A DNA stretch of 64,000 nt from an uncultured Bacilli bacterium (GCA_947585665.1 CANPXE010000005.1:760-64759), one strand, 5' to 3'; counted from the first letter of the stretch, positions 18,273 through 27,828 are shown. Notes: generated by a model from the letters alone, not told the origin. A program made the numbers and translations.

Positions 18273-18446
18273 ATGGCAAAGAAAAATCAAAAAATTAAAT
18301 GTAATGTTGAAACTTGCAAACACAATGATTGCGAGCAAGAATTATGTCAATTATCAGAGATAAAAGTTGGTTGTGGGTGTGATGATCCTAACTGTAAAGA
18401 TGACACAATTTGTGATAGTTTTGAAGAAGAAAAAAATGATATTTAA
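18273..18446 (+). CDS. DUF1540-like cysteine-rich small protein (57 aa, not in the ORF track)
   Basis: GGAGG RBS. Sequence MAKKNQKIKCNVETCKHNDCEQELCQLSEIKVGCGCDDPNCKDDTICDSFEEEKNDI. The C-x-V-x2-C-x-HN...C pattern matches DUF1540. Confidence 0.6.
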   Translation: MAKKNQKIKCNVETCKHNDCEQELCQLSEIKVGCGCDDPNCKDDTICDSFEEEKNDI

Positions 18447-18455
18447 TTTTATAAT

Positions 18456-18522
18456 ACCTTTAAAGTTCAAACTAAAAATATGATTTAGATAACGTATTAA
18501 AGAGAACTTTGAAGGTTTTTTT
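18456..18522 (+). terminator. long-stem terminator
   Basis: ACCTTTAAAGTTC pairs with GAACTTTGAAGGT (13 bp with one G-U) around a 35-nt loop, followed by T7. Confidence 0.5.
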
Positions 18523-18550
18523 ATCACTTTGTTAAATAATAGTAATAGAA

Positions 18551-18593
18551 TTAAAATAAAAAATACATTTATTTATATAGTAATAAATGTATT
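18551..18593 (-). terminator. terminator of helD
   Basis: Perfect 12-bp stem AATACATTTATT / AATAAATGTATT, followed by a T-rich run on the minus strand. Confidence 0.65.
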
Positions 18594-18620
18594 TAAAGTA
18601 GACACACTAGTATCTTTACC

Positions 18621-20783
18621 CTACTTTTTTGTTTTTACTTTTTGAGTATTACCTAAATTATTTGTAGTATATTGAGCAAATATTTCACATGGCTTTTTAG
18701 AATATAAAATGTCTAATTCATGTAATGCTCTTGTACAAGCAACATATAATAGATGCATATCTTCCTTTGAGTTTATAGAATACATATTAGTTGATGCATC
18801 ATTTAGCATGACGGCATCAAATTCTAAGCCTTTTGATTGTTTACAAGTCAATACACTTATACCACCACTATATTGCGAATTTTCATCTGTTATTCTATTA
18901 GCATTAATATTCTTATCTTTTAACTCATTAAATACTTTATTTGCCTCTTTATCATCTTTACATATAATTGCAATACTCTTATAGCCTTTTTCTGTCCACT
19001 CTGCAATTTTACTTACCTTATAATCTATATCTTTACTACTTTCAGAAAAACTGACATCTTGCCCTTTTCTTATTACAGGCTCGGCTAAAGAAAGATTTAA
19101 TTGTTGTAAAATTTTATTAGCATTTTCAGTTATTTGAATAGTTGTACGGTAACTCTTTTTTAAGTTCAATAATTCACAATTACCATTAAATATTTTGTCG
19201 ATAACATCATGCCAATCTTTAATTTGACCACAAGAATTGATTGATTGTGCTAAATCTCCATAAATAGAAAAACAACTATATGGTAGTACTTCTTTTAATG
19301 CATAAAAATGAAATAATCCATAATCTTGAGCTTCATCTATCACAACGTTTTTGTAATCTAAATTAGTTCCATAAATTAAATGTTGAATGTGCATTAAAGC
19401 AGGTAAATCATTAAATGATACTTTTCTCTTTTTTAACGTTCCTAATGTTTCTTGTTGCAATTGTTGAATTTCTGCTTCACTGAGATTTGGTAAATATTTT
19501 TCTGCATTTAATATGAATATTTTATATATATCAGTACTGCGTAATTTTAACTTAGTAAAATAATCTTTTAATAACTTAGTTCCCTTTTCACGCAATAATT
19601 TATTTAACTCAGTACTTTTTTCTATAGCAATACGTCTATTTGGATCTGTTTTAGGTAGTGACATGTATATAGAACGATATTTAGCATTGAGCTTCTCATA
19701 TATGTCATCAATATCATTTTTAAATTTTTCAACAAAGTAAGTATAAGCAATTTCATAATTTGGTAGTTTATTGAAAGTAGAAATGATTCTTTTTCTTATT
19801 TCATCGGCACTAAAAACTTCTTCGCCATCGATACAAAAACCATTATCTACAATTCCAAAATTGATATATTCATTTATGAATGCATCTAATGCATTTTTAT
19901 ATTCAATAGATGTTTTAAATTGTTCAGCAAAACTCTCTTTCTTATTATCCACTTTTTCTAAAGAAATTTTTTCACCTAAACAATTAACTATTAAATTAAA
20001 ATATGTTTGTTGTGAAACTGATTCAGTATCTAATTCTGGTAAAATAGTAGATATATAATCTAGAAAATATTTGTTTGGTCCAATTATTAAGAATTGATTT
20101 GATTTAATTTTATCTTTAAAATTATATAACAAATAAGCAATTCTATGTAGTGCTACAGAAGTTTTACCAGAACCAGCAACTCCTTGAACAATTATATTAT
20201 CAATAAAAGGTTTTCTTATAATAACATTTTGTTCTTTTTGAATTGATGCTATAATTGTTTTCATTTTGTCATCAGCATTTACTTTTAAATATGGTTGAAT
20301 TAAATCATCATCACTCACTAAACCAGTATCAAATGCTTCAACTAATTCTCCGTTTCTAATAATAATTTGTCTTTTTAATTGTAATTCTCCTTCAACTTTT
20401 CCAGAAATACTTTCGTAGCTAACATCACCGATTTCCCCATCATAATACAAACTACAAATTGGTGAACGCCAATCAGTTATCACTTGTTTTCCATTATCCA
20501 TTACGGTTGTTTTTCCAATGTATATCTTTGTTGGTTTTGCACTACCTTTAGAACAAAAGTCAATTCGTCCGAAGTAAGGACAATCTCTTGATAATTTTAA
20601 AACGTATAGTTTAGTAGCAGCAGAACTCATCAAATCTTCAACTAGAAAAGTATCACCCTGTAAAACATTGTTGTAACGTTTTGGTATTTCTAGCATTTCT
20701 TTTTCTTGTGTTGCAATAGAATTCGATAATTGCTCTTGTGTATAATTAAGATATGCTTTTTCTTCTTCAAAAACCTTTTCCAT
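18621..20783 (-). CDS. helD: RNA polymerase recycling ATPase HelD (UvrD-like SF1 helicase)
   Basis: The N-terminal region YFGRIDF...KIYIGK...DWRSPICSLYY...LKRQIIIRNGEL aligns with B. subtilis HelD. Walker A GVAGSGKTS, DEAQD box and C-terminal LYVACTRALH are present. Confidence 0.85.
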   Translation of the reverse strand: MEKVFEEEKAYLNYTQEQLSNSIATQEKEMLEIPKRYNNVLQGDTFLVEDLMSSAATKLYVLKLSRDCPYFGRIDFCSKGSAKPTKIYIGKTTVMDNGKQVITDWRSPICSLYYDGEIGDVSYESISGKVEGELQLKRQIIIRNGELVEAFDTGLVSDDDLIQPYLKVNADDKMKTIIASIQKEQNVIIRKPFIDNIIVQGVAGSGKTSVALHRIAYLLYNFKDKIKSNQFLIIGPNKYFLDYISTILPELDTESVSQQTYFNLIVNCLGEKISLEKVDNKKESFAEQFKTSIEYKNALDAFINEYINFGIVDNGFCIDGEEVFSADEIRKRIISTFNKLPNYEIAYTYFVEKFKNDIDDIYEKLNAKYRSIYMSLPKTDPNRRIAIEKSTELNKLLREKGTKLLKDYFTKLKLRSTDIYKIFILNAEKYLPNLSEAEIQQLQQETLGTLKKRKVSFNDLPALMHIQHLIYGTNLDYKNVVIDEAQDYGLFHFYALKEVLPYSCFSIYGDLAQSINSCGQIKDWHDVIDKIFNGNCELLNLKKSYRTTIQITENANKILQQLNLSLAEPVIRKGQDVSFSESSKDIDYKVSKIAEWTEKGYKSIAIICKDDKEANKVFNELKDKNINANRITDENSQYSGGISVLTCKQSKGLEFDAVMLNDASTNMYSINSKEDMHLLYVACTRALHELDILYSKKPCEIFAQYTTNNLGNTQKVKTKK

Positions 20784-20793
20784 ATATGTATTT

Positions 20794-20801
20794 CCCCCCC
20801 C
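20794..20801 (-). repeat. G8 homopolymer inside the helD ribosome-binding region
   Basis: The minus strand reads AGAGGGGGGGGAAATACATAT-ATG. Confidence 0.9.
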
Positions 20802-20816
20802 TCTTTCTAATGTTAA

Positions 20817-21833
20817 TTATAATATTTCTTTTTCTAATTCCTTAGCAATTTTTTCAGCATTTTTAAATAAATGTCTACACAAATTTGTCCTAAAGAAACC
20901 AAAATCTAATAAACTAATTTTAGAATTATCTTTTATATATTGTTTGTATCCATATGTACTTGTTAAGATTTGAATCATATATAGATATGTCATATATTTG
21001 ACATCATATTTATTTATTTTTACATATTTATTGAATTCCTTTACATAGGCAATTAAATTATTGATATTTATTTTACCATCTTTTGCTTTTTTGTCAATAT
21101 AACTATATGATCTAATAACTTCCCAGACAACAGGCATTTTGCATGCTGAAACAAAGTCAATTATAGCATTAATTTTTTCGTCTTTATATATAAATTGTAA
21201 GATACTATAATCACCATGTGTGTTAAGAATAGTTAATTTATCCATGTCACTTAAATCAACATTTTCTTTAACATATTCCATCATTTCAATTTTTTCCGTT
21301 AAATCTTTAATTATTTTGTCTTTATATTCACCATTTGCCATTTTTATTAAATCTTTATGTTTTTCAATACCTTCATTAATAGTTTCAACGGAATACCAAG
21401 ATGATACGTCATTAATTGGCAATTTATATTTTAAACTCTTTAATGATTTAACAATCTTACCAAGTTCACGGGAAGATTCAAGCATTTGTTCTTGAGATGC
21501 TGTGTTTGATTCAATTGTATATCCATCAATATATTTTTGTAATATTATTGTTTTACCTTTATATGTAATATAATAATTTCCATCAATTGTTGGAATATAT
21601 TCAGGAACTGATAATTTATCCTTTCTCAAATGATTAATTACATTTATTTCTTTAATTATTTCTTCCTTGGTATATTTAGATTGAAATTCTTTTAATACAT
21701 AAGTATTATCATTCAATGAATATATATTGGCACTTCCTCTATTAAGTTTTTCAACTTTTTCTACTTTAATATTATATTTTTTCTTTAATAAATCTTTTAT
21801 TATATTATTATCTAATACAGTTTCTTCAATCAT
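20817..21833 (-). CDS. APH/choline-kinase-like phosphotransferase
   Basis: Protein-kinase-like fold signatures NTHGDYSILQF and AIIDFVSA (HGD ... IDF). Confidence 0.6.
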   Translation of the reverse strand: MIEETVLDNNIIKDLLKKKYNIKVEKVEKLNRGSANIYSLNDNTYVLKEFQSKYTKEEIIKEINVINHLRKDKLSVPEYIPTIDGNYYITYKGKTIILQKYIDGYTIESNTASQEQMLESSRELGKIVKSLKSLKYKLPINDVSSWYSVETINEGIEKHKDLIKMANGEYKDKIIKDLTEKIEMMEYVKENVDLSDMDKLTILNTHGDYSILQFIYKDEKINAIIDFVSACKMPVVWEVIRSYSYIDKKAKDGKININNLIAYVKEFNKYVKINKYDVKYMTYLYMIQILTSTYGYKQYIKDNSKISLLDFGFFRTNLCRHLFKNAEKIAKELEKEIL

Positions 21834-22600
21834 TATTTTAACTCCTTTATTTCTTCAATAATTTGCTTTAAATCACCTCTAACATTATATAGAGGAATTT
21901 TTAATTTTTGTAACCAATTTTTAATTTTTATGCGATTAATATTTAAAATATGATTATCAGTAAAAAGTGGTATATTAGAATGCCAAGTACAATATTTAAA
22001 TAATGTTTTTATGACTATTTCTTTATCATGAACTTTAATAATATCAGTTTTACCATTATCACAACAGCCCATTAAGTTGATGATGTATTTAATTTCAATA
22101 TTTATGTTATTATGTTCGACTATTTTTTCATTATTTTTGTCAATCTTCATGTATCGTGATCCATATTTACAATTAATTCTATTATTACTATTACTGATTA
22201 TTGTTTGATCAGTTGAAACTATTGTAAAATTATTTTTCAAGGCTTCTATGCATAAAGTTGTTTTACCACTACCAAAGTCACCTACTACTAGGTAACCAAC
22301 ATTTTTATGAGATAGAACAACTGAATGAATTAAAATATTATTATTATCATTAACGATATTAGAAATAGTATTGAATAAGATAGGATATATGTCAGTATGA
22401 AGTAACTTACCATTAATAGTAGTAATATTATCGAGTTTAATTATCGTTTTATCATTATAAATTTCAATAGAATAATCATAATTATTGATAGTTGTTTCTT
22501 CTAATAATAGTAATCTTTTTTTTATAATATCTTCATATTCTTTTATTTCACATAATACTAATAGTTTTTTATTATTAATTAAATAGACTTTTTTAAGCAT
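21833..22600 (-). CDS. HprK/P-C-terminal-like P-loop protein (paralogue 1)
   Basis: IHSVVLSHKNVGYLVVGDFGSGKTTLCIEAL...VSTDQT follows the HprK pattern H-x-x-V-...-G-x-L-x-G-x-x-G-x-GK-T...D. Confidence 0.55.
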   Translation of the reverse strand: MLKKVYLINNKKLLVLCEIKEYEDIIKKRLLLLEETTINNYDYSIEIYNDKTIIKLDNITTINGKLLHTDIYPILFNTISNIVNDNNNILIHSVVLSHKNVGYLVVGDFGSGKTTLCIEALKNNFTIVSTDQTIISNSNNRINCKYGSRYMKIDKNNEKIVEHNNINIEIKYIINLMGCCDNGKTDIIKVHDKEIVIKTLFKYCTWHSNIPLFTDNHILNINRIKIKNWLQKLKIPLYNVRGDLKQIIEEIKELK

Positions 22601-22612
22601 ATATTTATATCA

Positions 22613-23332
22613 CTACCCTACACGTTTTTTTATTTTTTGTAAAACTATTGAAATATTTTGATGTTGTTCATTATCGACACTTAAAGAAGCATTAAGTTTG
22701 TCACCAACAATGTAACCATTATATCTTTTAATCATTCTAGCATCATTTGGACCATTACCGATAGTATATATTTCCGTATTTGGAAGTAATATTCTTCTAC
22801 TACATTCATCGATAGTAGAACATTTATCAGTACTATTAAAGACATGAATTCTAAATTTATTTTTTCCATCTGTACAATAGTCTACTAACTTGTTTCGCAT
22901 TAATAAATTTGTTACTTTTTGGCGCGTAGGAAGATTATCTCTAATATGAATGAAATCTTCAACAGCTCCGTCAATTGCATGTACTTCACAACCGAATTCA
23001 TCTCTTAGTGTTTCTTGGATTATTTCTTCATCACAAGAATTCCTTAAAAATGATATTACATGATGGGCGATATGATTAACAATAATAGGTGTACTGTTAT
23101 TATCAAATAAGAGATTTCCATTAGCACAACTGATAAAGTCGAATGGTATGTGATATTTATCAACTTCTTGTTTTATTGAATAGTATGTCCGACCAGTAGA
23201 TATCATGAAGGCAACATTTATACGACGTAATTCTTTTATTATTGCGATGGTTTCGTCTAAAGTAGTTAGCTTGTTATCATCTATTAATGTTCCATCATAA
23301 TCAGATACAATCAATGCTCTAAATTTACTCAT
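22613..23332 (-). CDS. HAD-IIB (Cof-type) phosphatase
   Basis: Motif I LIVSDYDGTLID and motif IV GNGPNDARM. AGGAGG RBS favours the MSKFRAL start at 23332. Confidence 0.8.
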   Translation of the reverse strand: MSKFRALIVSDYDGTLIDDNKLTTLDETIAIIKELRRINVAFMISTGRTYYSIKQEVDKYHIPFDFISCANGNLLFDNNSTPIIVNHIAHHVISFLRNSCDEEIIQETLRDEFGCEVHAIDGAVEDFIHIRDNLPTRQKVTNLLMRNKLVDYCTDGKNKFRIHVFNSTDKCSTIDECSRRILLPNTEIYTIGNGPNDARMIKRYNGYIVGDKLNASLSVDNEQHQNISIVLQKIKKRVG

Positions 23333-23354
23333 ATGCGGCCTCCTATAATTATTT

Positions 23355-24146
23355 TTAAAAATATTTAAATATTTCAATAAAGTTTCTTTTTTCTTCTTTT
23401 ATTCGTTTTAATTCTTGGGGTGAATATTTATAAATATTTACCAATTTTCTCAAGAATGTTTTCTTTTGGTTAATTACTAATAATTTATTTAATCTTCTAT
23501 TTCTTTTTTCTTGACTAATTCCATACAATTCATGTGAACCTATAATAGAAATACTTTTGCGATTAATACTTAGTAAACTTATTGAATCTTTTTTAGCAAT
23601 TGGTGTACTTAATACTATTAATGTTCGACGTAATGCCATATTATCAATGACTTCTTTTATTATATCTGATGATCCAGTTGTATCAATAATGGTTTGATAT
23701 TCATCGATATTAGATAAGTCATTGATAATTTTAATATTTATATTATAGTTTTCTTTAATTATATCAATAACATCTAAAATGTATGGTCTTATTTTTCTAA
23801 TATATATAGTTATATTTTTATATTTTTTATCTAATAAATAAAATAAGCATGTGATGCCAATATTTCCTAATCCCAATAATAAAATATTTTCTTTAATTTT
23901 GTAGTGATTGTCAATATACATTATATCGGTTACAAGTTGGAACTTTGAAAAAGCAATATTTTCTATTTCGTAAATAGATTTGACTACTAAACTATTATCA
24001 ACTTTACTTTTAGTAATACCATGATCAATATTTAATATGTGTATATTATTATCATTTTCTTCTGTTACTGCTAAATAGCCATGATTACTATTTCTTTCCG
24101 TTCCACGACTAACAATACTATAATTTATTTTTAATTCTTTTTCCAT
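23355..24146 (-). CDS. MDR-like / Rossmann-fold dehydrogenase with a shortened N-terminal domain
   Basis: SRGTE near the N-terminus and the NAD-binding loop LLLGLGNIGITCLFYL. No zinc-ligand cysteines seen. Confidence 0.4.
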   Translation of the reverse strand: MEKELKINYSIVSRGTERNSNHGYLAVTEENDNNIHILNIDHGITKSKVDNSLVVKSIYEIENIAFSKFQLVTDIMYIDNHYKIKENILLLGLGNIGITCLFYLLDKKYKNITIYIRKIRPYILDVIDIIKENYNINIKIINDLSNIDEYQTIIDTTGSSDIIKEVIDNMALRRTLIVLSTPIAKKDSISLLSINRKSISIIGSHELYGISQEKRNRRLNKLLVINQKKTFLRKLVNIYKYSPQELKRIKEEKRNFIEIFKYF

Positions 24147-24149
24147 ATT

Positions 24150-25130
24150 CTAATCCTTTTTAAGTACATTACCAATTATTTCTTTTATATCTAAATCATT
24201 AATCAATTCATTATAATTAAACTTTGGTTGACATTCATTTATTCTTAATAAATCATCAAAATAAAACTTATCATCTTGACCATATCTTATCAAATTTTTT
24301 AGCATTGTTTCTTTACTAATATCTTTTTCTACATAATCTACATTAGGATCTAATTTAACAAAATTAAGACTCTTTATAGGTGCAATCCATTGCCAATTAG
24401 TATTATATTCTTTACAGAATTGTCCAGGTGTATATCTAAATTTTGGACTATCAAATTTTTGTTCCTTATTTTTATTAAGAATTTGCTTATTTATAATTTT
24501 TTGTTTTACTAAACAATTTATAAAATCATTATCAAAAGTTAGTTCATATGGTGTACCATAAGCGTACCATAAATTATTAATTTTTCCAACAAAAACGATA
24601 TCATTAGCTAGTGGAGCACATTTATCAAACAGGATTGAACTTAACAATATAGTTGATTTACCACAACCTTTACTTCCAAAGTAAATAGTTGCTTGATTGT
24701 CTTTTACAACAGTAGAAGCATGAACAGGAAAAAAGTCTAATTTTAATAATTCTCTAATCAATAATTCATTAATTGTTCTAATGATGACTTTATAATTTGT
24801 CACATTATGGATATATATATCAATACAATTATTTTTCATTATAATTAAATGTTCGTTTTCGTACTTTTGCTTAGGAGCATATAAAATATTTTTATCTTGT
24901 TCTCTATAAAAATAATAATAGGAGTTTCGAAAAGGAGTTAGCTTTATACTATTATTATCAATTTTAACATAAGGAAATTGTGATAAAATATGGCATTTAA
25001 TTTTATACTTTGCCTTTTCTTCTAGTGAAAAATTAATATTTGGAAAGTAGTCTAATACATTATCTAATACTTTTTTTATTGAAACTAATTCTATTGAAAA
25101 AAGCTTATCAAAACCAATAAATTTTTTCAT
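24150..25130 (-). CDS. HprK/P-C-terminal-like P-loop protein (paralogue 2)
   Basis: FFPVHASTVVKDNQATIYFGSKGCGKSTILLSSIL...LANDIVFV shows the same HprK-like pattern as 21833-22600. Confidence 0.55.
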   Translation of the reverse strand: MKKFIGFDKLFSIELVSIKKVLDNVLDYFPNINFSLEEKAKYKIKCHILSQFPYVKIDNNSIKLTPFRNSYYYFYREQDKNILYAPKQKYENEHLIIMKNNCIDIYIHNVTNYKVIIRTINELLIRELLKLDFFPVHASTVVKDNQATIYFGSKGCGKSTILLSSILFDKCAPLANDIVFVGKINNLWYAYGTPYELTFDNDFINCLVKQKIINKQILNKNKEQKFDSPKFRYTPGQFCKEYNTNWQWIAPIKSLNFVKLDPNVDYVEKDISKETMLKNLIRYGQDDKFYFDDLLRINECQPKFNYNELINDLDIKEIIGNVLKKD

Positions 25131-25133
25131 TAA

Positions 25134-26123
25134 TTATTCCTCTTTTTTTCGATTGATAAGATTGCCACAATATAATTGCATTAGTCTTGAAAAAGATTCA
25201 ATGCTTACAATATTGGGATTATTACCATTATTGTTAAAATAACTATATGCTTGTTCTATAAAATAAGTAAAATTATCATCTATTGGAAACTCTTCATATT
25301 TAATTTCTTGGCCATTGTGATAGATTGTTATATTAGCAGCTTTTAATAATTTTAATTCTGGTGTGTATATTGCGTAATTTCCTTCAATAGTATAATTTTT
25401 GTCTAAGCAAATAACTATTTTTTTTTGAACGATAAGGGAAGTAAGATTACTTTCATATATTATATCAATATCTTTGCATTTGGAAATGATTAAACCATAA
25501 CCATGATTCTTTAAGTGAATATCCCCTATTTTCATATCACGACTACAGGTAATATAATTATCTATTTCTGTAGCATTATTTAAAAAATATTGTGTTAAAT
25601 ATATTTGATGAGGTATTTCTATTTCATAGTTTAAAGTAACATCTTTTTTGTAACCTCTTCCATTTAAACTATCATTAATTCTATTTTTAGAAAAATTAGA
25701 AAAGATTAATTTTATCTTTAATTTCTTTTTATTTATGAATTCACTAATTTTTTTAGTTACTTTGGAAAAAAGATAGTTTTCAACCATTACAATATTCAAA
25801 TCTTTATATTTTTTTAGTGTTTTATCATCAATAACAAATGGTTTCTCAACTAATACGTCATATATTTTATTTTTTAAACATATATCTAATATAGAAAAGA
25901 ATTCACTCTTTGGTGTACATATATCAACAATGAGGTTACTTGTATCTAGATGATTTTCTTCAATACATTCGTTAATTGAATTATAAATTTTTTGGTTAGT
26001 TATATAAATTCCTGATGTTTTAATATCACAAAAATAAATATTTCCAACTTTTTTTAATTTTTGATATGAATTGTAATGAAGTAATGCTGCTTTTCCAGTA
26101 CCAATAATAATTATATTTTTCAT
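25134..26123 (-). CDS. Gfo/Idh/MocA family oxidoreductase
   Basis: N-terminal Rossmann IIIIGTGKAALLHY and the family EKP motif (LVEKPFVID). Confidence 0.7.
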   Translation of the reverse strand: MKNIIIIGTGKAALLHYNSYQKLKKVGNIYFCDIKTSGIYITNQKIYNSINECIEENHLDTSNLIVDICTPKSEFFSILDICLKNKIYDVLVEKPFVIDDKTLKKYKDLNIVMVENYLFSKVTKKISEFINKKKLKIKLIFSNFSKNRINDSLNGRGYKKDVTLNYEIEIPHQIYLTQYFLNNATEIDNYITCSRDMKIGDIHLKNHGYGLIISKCKDIDIIYESNLTSLIVQKKIVICLDKNYTIEGNYAIYTPELKLLKAANITIYHNGQEIKYEEFPIDDNFTYFIEQAYSYFNNNGNNPNIVSIESFSRLMQLYCGNLINRKKEE

Positions 26124-27148
26124 TTTAACTCTCCTATTTTGTCAACTAGTATTTTAACTGTTTTCTCCCAACTGTAATTCGACTTAGGATAATTTTTTTC
26201 CTTATTTTTAATTATATCTTTATTTTTAATTGAAAGTTTCATTTTAGTTAATAAATCATTTTTATCACTATATAAATAATAATATTCAATAGGAAGAATT
26301 TCTTTTATTGGCAAGCAATCAGGAGCAATACAGAATTTTTTATATTTCATTATTGTAATGCAGTTAGATGGAAAAAAACCATATTTAAAACATTCTCTAT
26401 TAATGTCATAAGTATTTAGAAAAACATTAGTTAATGATGCTAATTTTTCCCATTCTTTATCTCCTATGAATTGATCTATTCTAATTATGTTACGATTATT
26501 TTTAATTTTTAAATTATATGTCTTATTACTAGGTCCAGCAATTATTAAATAAGCATTTTTATATTTATTTAATAGTTTAAAGAAGTTATCTATAACGACA
26601 TTAAGCATTTTATATTCGCTAATATTACCTATAAATGTAAAGACAAAAGCATCTTCTGGTAATTTTGGTAGTTCAATATCATTATCAAAATCGTCATTTA
26701 ATATATTTTCACCTATTGAATGATTATAAGCATCAATATTAAAATATTTTTTTAATTGGTTCTTCATATGATTGGAAAAGGTGAAAACCATATCTGTTCT
26801 CTTTAAAAATTCTTGCAGTAAAAACGCATCATTATCGTTAATTTCTCTATCTATTGGAAAAAAATTGTGTAATGTAAATATGATTTTCCAACCATTTTCT
26901 TTTAGATTATCAACATCTTTTAAAAACTTATCAATTGTCTTAGAATCTTCACTTTTATAAAATCTTTTTAAACGATTAAAATAGACGATGCCATTATCGG
27001 TTTTTTTATCAACTGGTAAAGATGGATTGATGACAACATCAAGAAAGTCGTATTTTTTTAATTCTCTAGTAAGATTATAAAAATATGGACTTTTATGAGA
27101 AATTCCAGCATGAAGAATCCAAATTACTTTTTTACTCATTTTTTGCAT
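26120..27148 (-). CDS. GT-B-fold glycosyltransferase (GT1/GT4-like)
   Basis: About 340 aa. The C-terminal-domain pattern FTFIGNISEYKMLNVVIDNF...YLIIAGP is typical of GT4-type enzymes. Weak assignment. Confidence 0.5.
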   Translation of the reverse strand: MQKMSKKVIWILHAGISHKSPYFYNLTRELKKYDFLDVVINPSLPVDKKTDNGIVYFNRLKRFYKSEDSKTIDKFLKDVDNLKENGWKIIFTLHNFFPIDREINDNDAFLLQEFLKRTDMVFTFSNHMKNQLKKYFNIDAYNHSIGENILNDDFDNDIELPKLPEDAFVFTFIGNISEYKMLNVVIDNFFKLLNKYKNAYLIIAGPSNKTYNLKIKNNRNIIRIDQFIGDKEWEKLASLTNVFLNTYDINRECFKYGFFPSNCITIMKYKKFCIAPDCLPIKEILPIEYYYLYSDKNDLLTKMKLSIKNKDIIKNKEKNYPKSNYSWEKTVKILVDKIGELK

Positions 27149-27828
27149 CTTACTTTCTTTTCTTTATAATTGTCTATTTTTTGTTTTACTTCATCAAAGT
27201 AATAACCAATATCATCTTCTTGATGAGCATCTGAACCAAGAACGTATTCTACATCATATTTATTCATTAAATCCAACATATAATCTAGTTGTGAATCATT
27301 CCAACGTGAACGATCGCTTGTATTTATTTCGATAAAGATATTTTTGGCATGACATAGTTTTATTATTTCTATTAATTTATCTTCATATTCTTTAAATGAA
27401 TCATCTAATTTTAAATGGGCAATAACATTTATGTCATAATTATTTATCATATCAATAACAGCATCTAAGTATCCACCCAAGGAATCAAATTTTAAACTAT
27501 GAATGGCACCGACTATCCATTCGAATTTTCCTATTTTTAAAATTTCATTTGTTTTTTCTCTAAATGTTATGTTTGGTGAATAATCAATTTCGATACCTCT
27601 AATAATCTTCAAATCATGTTGTTTTTTATTAAAATTAATTATGCGTTTATTAAATTTATCAATAGTTTCTTTGTCGGCCAAAACTTCTTTATGCTTTGGT
27701 GATATTCTATTACCATGATCTAAAAAGACGACACTAGTAAATCCTTTTTGAAGACATTTTTCAACATATTTTTTAAAAATTTCAGCATCATCAATGCCCT
27801 TTTTTAAGTGAATATGCATATCGTTCAT
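27136..27828 (-). CDS. PHP-domain (HisJ-like) phosphoesterase
   Basis: MHIHL, FLDHGN, AIHSL, AHLK and GSDAH metal-ligand motifs, in the PHP order. Confidence 0.6.
   Translation of the reverse strand: MNDMHIHLKKGIDDAEIFKKYVEKCLQKGFTSVVFLDHGNRISPKHKEVLADKETIDKFNKRIINFNKKQHDLKIIRGIEIDYSPNITFREKTNEILKIGKFEWIVGAIHSLKFDSLGGYLDAVIDMINNYDINVIAHLKLDDSFKEYEDKLIEIIKLCHAKNIFIEINTSDRSRWNDSQLDYMLDLMNKYDVEYVLGSDAHQEDDIGYYFDEVKQKIDNYKEKKVRCKK

Noticed and set aside
15104-20783. The NERD protein plus the UvrD-like helicase as a split Nhi-like (nuclease-helicase) defence system.
   Set aside because: The helicase aligns along its N-terminal domain with the bona fide RNAP-recycling factor HelD. The two genes are 2.5 kb apart, on opposite strands, on opposite sides of the dif-like site.
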